Source: Nageia nagi (taxonomy: Eukaryota; Plantae; Pinophyta). Taken from it: a stretch of DNA of 64,000 nucleotides. Positions within the stretch are counted from its first letter, which is position 1; every line of letters starts with the position of its first letter. Below, in pieces: positions 50,212 through 64,000 of the stretch. A program made the translations under genes and the position numbers. The notes under the pieces were generated by a model, which saw only the letters and a list, made by a program, of their open reading frames with translations, did no database searches and was not told the origin of the DNA. Location: the NCBI GenBank assembly GCA_050084985.1, contig JBITNC010000001.1:19344001-19408000 (forward strand). The letters are read 5' to 3'.

Positions 50212-51943
50212 AAATAGAATAAATAAAATGGCTATTAGGATAATACATTTGTTGTGATGTTTTCAGATACTAAATGTAATATTCTAAATTTTGAATTCAT
50301 ATTTTGGGTTCCTATATAAAAAAACCCTCTTTTACCATTAATTAATATATATATATATGGACAAAATAAAATAAATTTGTAATGTTTATGTAGATGCCTA
50401 AAAATGAATTTCCTTGTATTAAATAATTCATTTTATAGCATCAGGGAATATTTATTGTAAAAAGGATCAAAATATGCCCAAGGCAATGTAATCAATGTAA
50501 TGGACCATTGTATAATGCAAGAGGTATCAAATACCAAGAAAGACACCATAAACAATGTAATATGAAATGATCCCAAGAATCAAAGAGGATCAAAATGTTG
50601 TTATAAAAGAATATCAAAGGAAACATAAAGGATAACGATAAATATCGAAAGATAAATATTAGAATATGCAATATCACTTTACACCACCAATCCTTAGATC
50701 TGCTATACCCTTCGTCTTGTTCTACATACTTGAATTCATGTGCATGGATCTACTTCATTAAAGTTGTTAACGATGTTTGTTATGCATGGTATGTCATCAT
50801 GTTTGAAGTTTGATCTACAATACTCTTTGTCTTATTCTACATACTTCAATTCGTGTGCATGAATCTATTTCGTTAAGGTTATTAATGATGTGCGTTTCTT
50901 ATAATGAGTTATCCCATTTGATGCATGATTCGTGTTACTTATTAATGATGTAGATCTGATGAAGGTACCTTATTTATCATGTTCATTTATTAATGTATTT
51001 TTGATATATGCTTCAATATTACATTGTGAAAAAAATAGTGCTTCAATTTATTATTCATGCATTATTTTTTAATCTACAATTTAATCTACAAATAAATCAC
51101 TTTATCTATAAATATATAATAAAAATTGATAATATGAAATGATACAATAAATATTAAGAGAGTTATGACAAATTGTACTATTAAAGCGTATTAGCCTTAT
51201 AACTGACATAGAAAAATATGAAATGTGAAAAATGATACTTATGCACCTAGTTTGGATGGATGTAACCCTTATAAAAGTATCACCAAAATTATTTCAAAAG
51301 AAATTGAAAATTCAATGGTTTTGAGGGGATTGATGCTTTTCTTGAATTTTGTAAGGGTTAGGATCAACCTCAATAATAATCAAGCTCCTCTTTATAAGTT
51401 AGTAAAAAAATGAAATATTTTTCTCAAAATATACATAAATTCCCTAAAGCATAGAAATGAAGGTCATAACGAGCCTAAAAATCAAACATAAATATCATTA
51501 CAAAATTTTGAAGTGTGAATAATCTTGTATGACTAAAATAGGACCATTAACAATATATTTTTGACAGATCTTATAGATCTCAAAATTATACAAGTTGTCA
51601 AATGATTTTGAGGTTTAAAATCTTACATTTGTTTATTCATCTCAACTTAAAACTTGATGTTTTAGTATAAAATGGATTTCAACTTAAATTAAAATTCATG
51701 TGATATATTTGTTGATCAATTAATTGCTAAATGACTATCTTAGTGAACTTGTAGGATCTATAAAATCATGGTTATGGTATTTAAAACCTTATCTCCTCAA
51801 CAAAGGATCTACATTGTGATCATAATAAGCTTCATCATCATGAATATGGAGATATTTATTTTTTAGACTAGCTTTATCATAAAGAGAATTGAAGATTTGA
51901 AATGTCTTTGAGATTACCTTTTCAAAGTGTGAAAATAAAAAAA

Positions 51944-52108
51944 ATACTAGCTTAGATATCTTAGGCATATATCTCTAAACATCGAGAAGTATCAATCTCA
52001 AGGCACCTATCTTAGAAATCATACTTTTAAGAAAAGAGATAGGCACCTCCAAATTGATACCTCTTAGCATTTTTAGATATATTATGTCTAAGATATCTAA
52101 GCTAGTAT
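51944..52108. repeat. Fold-back inverted repeat (about 165 bp, MITE-like)
   Basis: ATACTAGCTTAGATATCTTAGGCATA pairs with TATGTCTAAGATATCTAAGCTAGTAT (25/26). Imperfect pairing continues inward to a short loop. Confidence 0.85.
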
Positions 52109-52162
52109 ATTTGAAATAATATAAATTATAATATAATATTTTTACGTATTATGTAAATATGT

Positions 52163-52398
52163 ATAATATATAAAATAACATAAATTAAAACATAATATCT
52201 AAAGCAATAAAAATTAAAACATAATATCTAAAATTATAGAAATTATATATTTGACTAATTTCATGGCTTAATTTAAAATAACATAAATTATTACATAATA
52301 TATAAAATAATATAAATTAATACATAATATCTAAAATAATAAAAATTAAAGCATAATATCTAAAATAATAGAAATTATATATTTGACTAATTTCATGG
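52163..52398. repeat. AT-rich tandem duplication, 132-bp period
   Basis: CATAATATCTAAA subrepeats, and ATAGAAATTATATATTTGACTAATTTCATGG twice. Confidence 0.85.
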
Positions 52399-53099
52399 TC
52401 AAGTATATTTAGGACAATAGAAATTATATGCAAAACAACAAAAACTATTTATTTACATACACAAATTTATTACAAACAAAAATAAATTACATTTTTACAT
52501 ACATTATAATAAAATATATTACAACCACCATATTGTGAATTCTTTCAATTTATTTATATTTATATTATTAGTAGTTAACAATTCTAGTTTTACATATGTT
52601 AGTAGGATATAATTAAATTTAATAATATTAAATTTGTATTTAGTCAACTAATTTAATTAATTAATTATTATTTTTAAATGTAGATGGAAAGATATTTGGG
52701 TCCTTGCCTTCCCCTCGGTTGCCATTATAGGATGTCTCTCGATGTAATTACCAATTTTGTTGATATTTCTTTGATATAGAGAAGATGTTAATGAATCATT
52801 TGAGCTTGGTATGCCACATTCTTACCTTTCTTTTTATCCTTCTTTTCTTTTTTCAAACCCCATTTTTAGGGTCCTCTCGAGAACTAAACTATGAGTAATA
52901 ATATTTTTTTTTAAATGAACAATCTGGGTACTCAATACCTAGTTTCGTTTATTAAGTTTTTCACCCATTAGTAAGGGTCAATTTTAATGGGTTACCATAA
53001 CCCTTATTTAACATTATCTTTCTAGACCTTTGAGAAAATATGCTTATTGATTATTTGAAAAAATAAAGTATAAGGTATAAATAGTTTACCAATGGAACC

Positions 53100-56000
53100 A
53101 ACTTACAAATAATGTAGTTTGAGAATGTAAATCTCATAAACTACCAAATCTAATACAAACATGAATAAATCCTTACGAAAGCATAAATAATACACTAAAC
53201 AATGTACTCATATATGTTCCTAATGTGTTCAACAACAAACCACATGAAACCCAAACCAAAACAAGAGATACACCAAACTATCATGTTCTACTTATGTACA
53301 GTATGAATTAGTATACATAAGATCGACTAATCAAAGTAAGTCAGACTGGTCATTCGATTATGCAAATAGATCATCTAATTGACCTAGAAGGATCAGATAA
53401 TTGATTGTATATTGATGGATCAAACTTATGGGATATAATTATAGAATAAAATGTTATTTTCTCTATGATGTGAAGCTTTGATCAAGCTCAAACTCTAACA
53501 TTCTCCCCCTTGATGCTAAGAGGAATCACTAGAGAGTTTCTTAGCTTCAAAAATTGAGCTTTGATAACACCCTTCATGAATATATCCACAATATTGTTCA
53601 AGGTATTACAATTTGTAAGCTCAATAATATTTTTCTCCACCATATATCTTATGAAGTGATACTTCATATCAAAGTGTTTTGACCTACTATGGTGGATTGG
53701 GTTTTTGGTCAATTGTATGATACTCTTATTATCATAAAATAAGATTTTGGGACTATATTTCTTTTTACCAAATTCTTGTAGAGCCTTTCTCAACCATAAT
53801 GCTTGGGCACTAGCACTTGTGATTATTATGTACTCAGCCTCCATAGAAGAATGTGTAACAATACTTTGCTTCCTTGAGCTCCATGTTATTAAACCTGATC
53901 CAAGAATGAAGCAATTATAGAATGTATACTTCCTATCATTAATGTTTCTTCCCCAATTGGAATCATTATAGCCAACAAGAGTTACACCATAATTCTTCTT
54001 GTAGTAGTGGATTTCATAATCAGTTGTAGCTTTGACATATTTGAGAATTATTTTTATTGCTTTGAAGTGATTTTTTGAGGGTTCACTCATATATATCTAG
54101 ATACAAGTGAGATAAAATATGCAAGGTTAGATCTTGTATTTGTAAGAAACATTAGAATTCTATGTTCTTATATGTGGTTACATCAACCCCATTGCCCCCA
54201 TAATTTTTACTCAATAATATACAACAATTTGTGTTGGGATTGGTTTACAATTATCCAACCCAAATTTTTTCAACATGTCATTTGGATATTTTATTTTATA
54301 AATAAAAATAACCCCCTCACTTTACTTCCATTCCAAAGAAATATTGCATCAAACATAGGTCCTTTATTTCAAATTCTTGCATCATGGACCTCTTAAACTC
54401 ATCAAGTAATTTTGAATTACTATCCATACAAATTAGATCATCAAGATATAAGAAAATAAGTAAAATATCATCATCTTATTTCAAATTATAGAGGGTAGGT
54501 TCACATTTGCTACTTGTGAATCCATATTGATGGAAGTACCCATCAATTCTTGAGTATAAAGATTTTAAATCTTGTTTGAGGCATAACAAGGCCTTCTTTA
54601 TCTTGTAAACTAAATGCTCTTTTCATTTGATTTCAAAGCTTTGAGGTTGTTGCACATAAAACTCTTCATTCATATAGCCCTTTAGAAATGCACTTCTAAT
54701 GTCCATGTGATAAATCCTCCATTCTTTATGGGCAGCAAAAGAGAGAATCAATATAATGGTTTCTTATCCTACCATAAAAGCAAAGGTTTCTTCATAGTCT
54801 ATGCCATATAATTGAGTGAAGCCTTTGACCATAATTCTTTCCTTGTACCTCTCTTTGATTCCATAATTGTTGTATTTGGTTTTATATATATACCCATTTG
54901 CAGCCGATATATTTTTTGTCTTTTGGAAACTTAACTAGCTCCCATATTTCATTCTTTTCATGGAGTCGATCTCATCCTCCATAACCTTCATCCATAAATG
55001 GTTAGCACATGCATTTTCATAGCTAGAGGGTTCTACATCAATACCAACCATTAAAGCATAGTTTACAATATCTCCTTTATGTTCTTCATTATATTCATCA
55101 CTGTACATTTTCAAATTCTCAAGCCTAGTTACAACTTGATCAAGTTCATGTGGTTGACTTTTGGTGAGTGTTATTTGAAAGTTTGCATCTAACATTTGAT
55201 ATGAAGGATGAGAAGAGAGATCTCTTTACCTTTTATTGTATTCACGCCAATTGGAAAATCATCATTATCACTTGAAAATCTTGATGTACTTGAAGATGCA
55301 CTTGAAGAAGAGCTCTTTTGGGGACTTGGAATGGAGAATTGTTTACTAGCTTGTATATTGGACTAAATATTTTAATAAGAATTATCATTAGATCCATCAT
55401 CTATATATGTTTTTTGATTACCATACTTTCCCCCTTCATAAAAAAATACATCTCTTTAAGTTACAACCTTGTGAATCTTTGGATTATAAAGTCTACATAA
55501 TTTAGTATTTCCACAATACCCAATAAAAATAAATGCTTGGATTTTTGGATCAAGTTTTTTTATTTGTTCATTAGGTATATGTGCATATGCCAAACAACCA
55601 AAAACTCTAAAATGATTGAGATTTGATTTTCTCTCATACCATGCCTCATAAGGGGTGATACCTTCTAATGCATTAGTGGGACTTCTATTTAAAATATAGA
55701 CAACAATACTACAAGCATAAACCTAATTCTACCCATTTCAATAATTGTTCTATTTTTATGTTCAACCACTCCATTTTGTTGTGGGGTGTAGGCAACTATG
55801 AGTTAACTTTTATCCTACAATCTTTGCAAAATTTAAGAAAATCATTTAAAAAAAACTTGTTAGAATTTGTAATGAAATATTGTGAATATCTAAACTCCTT
55901 GTAAATTCAATTAATCACTTAAGGGTATGTAGATACCTTAAGAGATTAATTGAATTCTTTAATATGAAGACTTTGACTTTACCAAGTGGTTAGTTGGTAG

Positions 56001-56940
56001 GTTAAAGTTAGGTGATACATTTATTGTAACCCTAACCTTACCCTTGGGTTAAAGGGAGGTTAGGGAGGTGCTCTCAAGCTATAAATAGAGGGCCTCTCCT
56101 CTTGTAACATAACTAAGTTATTGGAGTAAGATTACTCTACTAGTTGTGTAGGAGAGGAAGAGAATAGTTGTAAGAGGGGCATACTTGAGAATTGAGATAC
56201 TAGTTGTGGATGTACTCCCAAGGAGGGAGGAACTACATTACACTTGTGTTATCTTGTGTGATTGTGTTATCTTGTGTATGATTGAGTTTCCTAGTCTTAG
56301 GTCCTTGAGGATTTGTTTAGATCTAGTTTAAATCCTTCAAAACTCTCCCCCTTTATCAGTTCTTAGGCATTTTACAAAATATTCACTCTAAGTTTCAACA
56401 CTATTTTTTAATTCTTTAAAACATTCAAAAGCCTTATCTTTTACTTTTAAGAAGTAGATCCAACACATTCTTAAAAAATCATCAATAAAAATGAGGAAGT
56501 ATGAATTGTTACCCATAATCATTGTTTGCATTATTACATATATATTAGAATGCACTAGATAGAGTGGAAATGATTCTCTCCGTGCTTGTCCTCTTGGAAA
56601 GCTTGATCTTGAGTGCTTACCTAAAGTATAACCTTCACAAACCTCTTTGTGGTCTTCAACCTTAGGCATCCCTTGTACTATTTATTTGTTGTCAAAAACT
56701 TCAAACTAGCAAAATTTAGATGACCATATCTTAAGTGCTATAACCAACCTTTATTTTTCATAGCTAAATTTGCAAGTTGGGCCCCTTGGCCACCAAATTT
56801 TAGAGGAAATAAACTATTTTTACTCATTGGGTCTATAATGACCAAACTATGACCATGATTTTTATCATAAATTGCATATTTCCCATCATAAACCACTAAC
56901 TTGTAATTCTTTTTCCATTATTTCTCCAACACTTAATAGA
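53100..56940 (-). mobile_element. Old degenerate Ty1/copia element (IN-RT-RH plus 3' LTR relic), 5'-truncated
   Basis: Minus strand NLLSVG, HLRYGHLNF, YTPQQNGVVE, KGGEF, and RNase H WSSRKQ...MEAEY...RSKHFD (53488-54090). PPT AAGGGGGAGAA at 53501-53511, LTR start TGTTAG at 53500. Left end approximate. Confidence 0.9.
55858..56339 (+). mobile_element. Solo LTR of the 34345 copia family, inserted in the old copia integrase
   Basis: TGTTAG...CCTTCA, 482 bp, TSD AAACT (55853-55857 and 56340-56344). Confidence 0.96.
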
Positions 56941-59754
56941 ATTGATTGATAAGAAATCAATCCTTCATGATCAAAGTCTCAATGGTTATAAAGACAAAAA
57001 CAATGCTTATCTTGCTATTTGTTTTTTTATTTAATTAAGTTCCTTATCTTGATAATGAAGATTGATTTTTATGATATATTTTCTCTTGTGAGTTTTCCTA
57101 GAGATGTGTCTAGACAAGTGTTTAAATGTAAGGGTTAATCTCTAGGTATGTTGATTGTTGAAGGCAAAGACAAGTGTCCTATCTTGGTGATGAAATTTAC
57201 AAGTGTAGGTGATGCCATGGGGATGAAGTCCACGTGCCTCGGTATAAGCCTAGGATGATGTGATATTAAGATGAAATGCTATAAGAAAAATGATGATGTA
57301 AGCTAGATGATAATGCAAAGTACAATTAAACTTATCAAATAGATGATAGTCACTCCCACCCAAGGATGATAAAAATACTTTCACTATTGCTATAATCTAT
57401 ACAAATTTGAAACCTATGTATACACTAAGAAAATAGTCTAATGCACTAGAGAATATAGAAAGGCAAGGCATCAACTTGGAGGCTCTAGTTTTCTCATTTG
57501 ATTATGCAATTTATGATACAAGATCCATTTTACAAGTCTCTATTTTAGGATCACCCACTACAAGGATGATTATGAAAGATAATGCCAATCATTCAGATGA
57601 TCAAGAGTTATTTGAACAACCATAGGTACACTCAAATATTTTCAAATAAAATGCAAAACAAATAACGAGTCCTATGACAAGGACACCCAACCAACTATAG
57701 ATAAAATTTACAAGGGACTTGTGTCTCCTAAGTACAAACACTTATCTTAGATACAATGCTTAAATATTACTCTAAAATGGTAAAATAATTATGATAGGCA
57801 TAATCATTCAAATATAGAATGACTGGGTAGTTGTTTGGATGATTATGTAGGATCACTCTATAGGTGGATGATTTATAGTTAGAATCGCTCTAAAGGAGGA
57901 TGATTATGTTTGGAGAATGATTTTGAAACTTTTAGATTTAGTTTTATATATTCCTAACAAGCTTTTCTTTAAAATAGAGATAAAATGAGCCTTTAGAGTT
58001 CATTAAAGAATGAGAAGTACCCAAATAAAGAAAATCTTAAAAAAAAGTTAAAGGGTTAGAAACCCCATTTTATTTTTGAAGATCAAGGACCAACAGGGTC
58101 CCACCATGATCACCAAATTTGTATACCACTAAATCTTGCATAATCAGAGGTTAGGGTACAATGCATAATAAAACCTCAATATCTAGATGATTACTCATGT
58201 AGATGTTTGTTAGAGTTAATCTTGTGTTGAAATGATAATGATGGGGATAGGATAAAGAGTGATCTTGATGTACTTACTTCTTGGATATCTATGGGATACC
58301 TACAAAATAAATGATGTAAGAGGAAGTATCAAATCACAATTCCTTAAGACCTTATGACCAATCAAGTAGGGCAAAGTACTAGCTCAACAAGAGAGTAGGC
58401 CTCCTTGTCCATATTCAAATGGATGGTAGAAAATGGAAAGAATGCCTATGGTGCAAGATGATATGCTATTTTTATTAATGTGAATGTTATATGTTATTCC
58501 CTTTTGCTAAATGATATGATCAATGATAAATAAGATGCAAGACAAAATGATTCTTGATAAACCCTAGGTTATGAGTAAATCAAACCCTAAGCATAAATTA
58601 AGAAAATAATCTAAAGCTACATGATATGTAAATCATAATACACATGATGTCAAATAATTATGGCTAGACTAGATCATAATATTAAATGATGTGTGTATGC
58701 AAGATTATCAAAATTATAACATGAAACCCTAGGATGACATTAGCTTAAATATGCCTATATGCCACACAAATGATATAAATAATAAAATCTTTGGTAATTG
58801 AGAGGATACAGGTGCTTTAAATGCTCTAATTATTCTCAAATACCCACAAAACTCTCACATAAGAAACATGCATGCATGCATGTTTATAATTGACAAGAGA
58901 TATACCTCCATTCCACTCAAAATGGGATGAGATAACCTTAAAAAAGCTAGTCCATAGTGGGTTTCTCCCCAAAATCCTAAATGATGGTGTTATGTGCTCA
59001 ATGTTGTATGTGGTTACTCGATTATATCTTATCAATTCTCTATAAAAACTCAAAAATATCATATGATAATCACTCTCCCTTCAAAATGATGTCATACATG
59101 TCCTTCTATAGAAAAGATAGTTAAGATCATCCAGACAACTATAAAGCAAGATTGTTTGAATGGTTACATAGTTGTTCAAATGATTAGATCTTGTATTAAA
59201 TAATTTTTATTATATGTTTGATAATTTTGATGTTTAAGCTTAGTTTTCAATATTTTTTTCCAAGATGTGTTTCTGGGGTATTTATAAGTTCCTTCTACAT
59301 TATATATTTGGCTTAAATTTGAGCTTGATTGAAAGATTTATACAATAGAAGCATATCTAGAACCCTATGAATTTTGCAATTTAATAGATCTAGATCTTGA
59401 TGTACTAAACATCAATCACATCAATTTGTTTTAATTTCCTATTGAATAAAGATAATTAGCAATATTAAAAGCAAAAGAACAAGTAAAGTTTATCAACATA
59501 GGACTAGGAACATATAGAATTCAAGACCTTAATCCCATGGCATCAGTTAAGGATTTGGGTAGACCATAAGTCATACACTATTAAGGGGTCACACAATGTA
59601 TAAAAGGGTGTATGTGTCCTACAAATTATGATAACATTAAATATTCTTTCTCTATTGATATCTAGACATATTCTTCCTAGCATGCCTCACATATAGATGC
59701 TAACTACTTCTTATATCCCAACTTTACCCCTACTTTTTGAAAATCTTTATGATT

Positions 59755-62700
59755 TTCAAAAAAGTTTAGTAGAGCAGTGTTGAACTCTCCATTCCATGAC
59801 AAAGAATTATTTGCTCTTATCTAAGTTGTTAAAAATGGAAATATTTTCTAGTTGGTAAGAAAATAGTAATTCATACTAACCACCAACCATTGTACGTAGT
59901 ACCTGAAAACTCAATCCAAGTTATAGCAAGCAATATATTTAAGGTGGATGGGTTTATTATAATAGTAACACCTCATTATTAAGTACAAAAAAGGAGGTAC
60001 AAATGAAATTGTAGACATGTTATCTAGGACACCAATATAAACTACTATTTCATGTTTGAGTTCTATTCTTAAACTTTATCCTTTTGTGCAAGAATCATAC
60101 AAAGAATAGTACCTTAATGATCTTGATTTTAAGGATATTTATTTGAAGTTAATTTAAAATAATAGAGGTGTCAATGAGACTGATTATTTTGTGAAAGAGA
60201 GATTGTTATATAAAATAAATACTTTATGTGTACCACAAGGAGAAAGAGTGTAGCTCGTTAGAGAAGTACATACATCTTAGTTTCTAGATATTTTGGAGTG
60301 GGTAATACTGTGGCAATCTTGCAAAGGTGTACTGGTCCAAGATGTAAGAACAAGTTCTAAAAATACATTAGGAGGTATGTTTTATGTTGCATGAGAGGTA
60401 TGTTTTATGTTGCATAAGAGGTATGTTTTATGTTGCACAAGCAAGCCTAGTAATAGAAAGTTGGGGTTATATCAGCCATTAGTAGTTCATAGAAGGCCTT
60501 GGAAGAGCATATCCATGGATGTTGTGGGTGGTTTACCTATGATAAAAAGGGGGCATTATTAGTTGTTTGTTTTTTTTGATAGATTCAACAAGATTAGTGT
60601 TTTAATTCCATGCAAGAATACTGTAACTAGACAAATTGTAACAAACTTATTTTTTTCTCATGTGTGGGTTCACTTTGGACTACCTAGTTCTATTATTTCA
60701 AATAGAGATAGTAGATTATTGGGTAAGTTTTGGATAACCTTGTGGGAAAAAAATGGACACCAAGTTGAAGAGGAGCACTTCCTTTCACCCTCTAAAAGAT
60801 AGCTAAACTAAGTTAGTGAATAGTATTATTATGCAATTACTTAGTGGGTACTATGGAAAATATCTTAAATCATGGGATGTGCATCTTGTTTACATTAAAT
60901 ACTCTTATAACATAACAATTCACACTTGCATAAGCAAAACACCTTTTGAAATATGTTATGGATACCTTCCATCCTCGCTATTTGACTATGTTTTTGGGTA
61001 GAAAGATAATTTTGATACAACCTTAGAGAAGGAGGAGCAACAATATGAAAAATTAATTGAAAAAATTAAACTTGTTCATCTCAAGGTACAAGAACAACTC
61101 AAAACAAGTCAAGCCAAATACAAATTGAGGCATGATAAGCATAGGAATGATCATAAGTTCCAAGTTGGTGATCAAGTTTGGCTACACCTCAGTAAAGAAA
61201 GATTAGAGGGACCTTAAAAGAAGTTGAAACTAATCAAGTATGGACCATTCAAGATCATTGAGGAAGTGGGTGATAATACCTTCAGACTTGATTTGCCTAC
61301 TTACATGAATATTTATTTAGTTAACAATATTGAACACCTTAAATTATTTAAGCCTTCTATGATATATTAAGATGAAGTTAAGTTAGACATTATTTTACCA
61401 TCCATTGAAGATCTTTCCCCTAACATAATGGATGAACTAAAGGAGGTTTCAGTTTGCAAAAGATCCAACATATAAGGAGAGGATAACAAGAAATTTGGCT
61501 TGTTGTGTTGAAGGGTAAACTACCTAAAACAACAAAATCGTATGATAAGAATAAGATTAAGGATTTATTTTCTCACCTTGTACATAACTAAGCATTTTGA
61601 GGAAAAAATACACTTTCCATTGGGGAGGTATGATATGAAGATCTTCCTTAAGTGTTAATTTGACCAAAGATTTTCACTTATGAGCTTGATCCATTATTTA
61701 AACTAAAATCTAGTATCATAAAGGTTTTGATTTTGTAAAACACTCCATCTTTGATAAAATTCTCTAAGGCTAACATCCTTATAATAAGAATTTGGAACAC
61801 TCTTACTTTGGGTGATATTTGGAGATTTTCCTTTGGGTCTTGTGAAATTTCTATGCCATGGAACCTGCCAAAAATGGATCAATCATATTTGGTAAGGAAT
61901 AAATTTTGATAGATATTTCCAATTGAGTTAATTCTTTTTTATTACATAGTGCTCAAATATACCTTTCCAATGAGTATATGCATGCCTACCTTTATCAAAG
62001 ATTTGATCACCATCCAAGGCATTTTCCATAAAACTATCAAAATTACCAATGCCAATGCTAACACTAGCGTCAATGTTAATACTAGCACTTGCACTAGTAT
62101 TTTTGAGGAGTTACGATGTGAGAATTTTAATTTGACACATTTGGCATGTTACTATGATGAGTTTTTTATGGGAACCAAAATATTACATAGGAAGATCAAC
62201 GCAGATGCTAATGAAGACTTGATCATTCACCTGATGATTCATGTGACACCTGATCCAAAACCTAACCTTTCATCTACTTATACACCCAACATGCTAGTGC
62301 CAATATTAAGGTTAACACCCATGCTAAAAAATAAATCATATACGAGCAAAATTTGAAGCATTTTGAGTCATTTTGAGATGTTTAGAATTTACTGGAAAGT
62401 TAGAAAGTCATGTGATTACTCTAGGGACATCAATTTCTACCTACATATACTTGTGGAGACTTGAGAAGAGGGGGAGAAGGAAGAGCAGAGAAGAAGGAAG
62501 TTGGAAGATGAATCAAAACTTATTGCAAACCTATTCATCACTATTATAGTTTGTTTGCATATTATAGGATTCAATCTTATGTTGAGGACACATTGAAGAA
62601 TTGTAAATCTTGTTGTAAAGTTGTTGCATAATAGAATGATGGGCTTGATGGTGGCTACTATAGGGGATGTACTCTCACATTGAGAGGAGCCTTTTTAACA

Positions 62701-62849
62701 AACCTATGTTAATTTTATGCATGCTTGAATGTGTTTTCATTCTTGTTTCTTATTAGTATAAAACTCTAGTTTCCATTTCAAATTCTATGATTTCAAATTT
62801 GTATGTGATGATTCCTTTTAAGTTATAAGTTTAAGAAAATTACATATCA
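59755..62849 (+). mobile_element. Degenerate Ty3/gypsy 3' half (RNase H, integrase, PPT, 3' LTR)
   Basis: DKELFALI, IHTNHQPL, LCVPQG, PWKSISMD, VWVHFGLPSSIISNRD, TPFEICYG, YGPFKI. PPT GGGGAGG near 61622. LTR 61631-62849 with TGATATG...CATATCA termini. Confidence 0.88.
60372..60438. repeat. 23-bp x3 tandem repeat
   Basis: GAGGTATGTTTTATGTTGCA at 60372, 60395 and 60418. Confidence 0.93.
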
Positions 62850-64000
62850 TCTTTTCATTACATATACAAAGAGAAAAAATTGTATCCACCTAAATATGAT
62901 TTATATTTATTATAAAATCATATTTAAGGTATCAAGAGATAATATTATAAAAAGGGTGTAAATGCCAAGAAAAGAACCATAAGCAATGTAAATGGTGTAA
63001 ATATCAAGAAAAGCACCATAAGAAATATAATTCATGTAAATGTCAAGAAGCACAATCATCAAAGATGCTTAGATAAAATAAGCTTATAAGAAAATCAATC
63101 CCTATTAGAGAAGATCATAAAATATCCTCACAATATTTAGATAGGTTGACTTCAAGATTGTTTCATCATATTTCAAATAACAAAGGCATCTCTTGATGCC
63201 ACCTATCTTAGGATCTGTTATTTATCATTGCATTAATGCATTATTTTTAATTTAGCCTTCATATCTTATAGAAAGATGATGTGCATGATGTAGTAGGATT
63301 GTAATAAGGGTGCTCGTATATTTCTCTCTTCACATTTGGAGCTCCAAATGTTAAAGGCAATTCATTTGAGTGCAAGATGTATCAAATATATGAGGAGAGA
63401 CTTTATCTAGTTCATGTGTTACTCAAACTATCCTTGGGTTGATAGAATAATACCAAAAATTAGTATTTCATAGATCTATAGTGAATTATTATCTTAATTT
63501 ATTATTTTGATACTACAAATCCTATTTTATGTGTATCTTGTAATCATTACAAACCATAAAACTATATTTTCATAATGCATCTTACCAAATAATTTCTAGG
63601 GCTTGTGTATTCTTTTATATTTTGCATACATATATTAGGACCTTATTTAGAAAATCCATTTTTTATGTATCTTGTAATCATTATAAAATTATCATAATCC
63701 ATGAAATTGTATTTGTATCATGCATCTTATCAAATAATTATTATGCCTTGTGTATCCCTTCTGCATTTTTCATACATGTCAATAGAGCCTTTTCAAAAGA
63801 CCCATTTTATGCATATGGTGTATTTAGATAATTTCATATGCATATGATTTTTATAAAATTGGTATATTAAACTCTAAATTATGATATCATACATTTCCTT
63901 TAGTTCAATGATGGTCTAATTGTATAAGCATGAAAAATGTTATTTTTCACTTTTTGATAGGTTTGTTACAATAAGATATTAGCTTTTGGGTCCCATTTTT

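Noticed and set aside
42352-56339. A second full element between the LTRs at 42352 and 55858
   Set aside because: The 55858 LTR has its own AAACT TSD, and the intervening copia sequence is on the opposite strand and much older.

Overview
AT-rich, transposon-dense plant nuclear DNA. A gymnosperm origin is an inference from the very long introns, the TE types and an S-type PPR fragment. The only host gene is a minus-strand type-1 Ser/Thr protein phosphatase (PP1/TOPP): coding exons at 30434-30611, 18591-19150 and 18275-18502, plus a candidate terminal exon at 11114-11158. Its 11.3-kb intron 1 holds a young, full-length antisense L1-clade LINE (20804-26808, perfect 17-bp TSD); the only ORF-disrupting lesions seen are two single-C losses in C runs. 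Upstream of the gene is a nested stack: a tRNA-derived SINE, an old L1 inserted into the SINE's target-site duplication, and a full-length Ty1/copia element (34345-42841, TSD AATCA) inserted into that L1. The copia has a 2.9-kb leader carrying a captured PPR fragment, a structured GC-richer island and intron-like ends. It also has an RNase H deletion and a duplicated PPT. Two solo LTRs of the same family (32427-32924, 55858-56339), older copia and gypsy relics, a TIR element, a fold-back and several tandem duplications fill the rest. No CRISPR array, rRNA or intact tRNA gene was seen. All alignments were done by eye.
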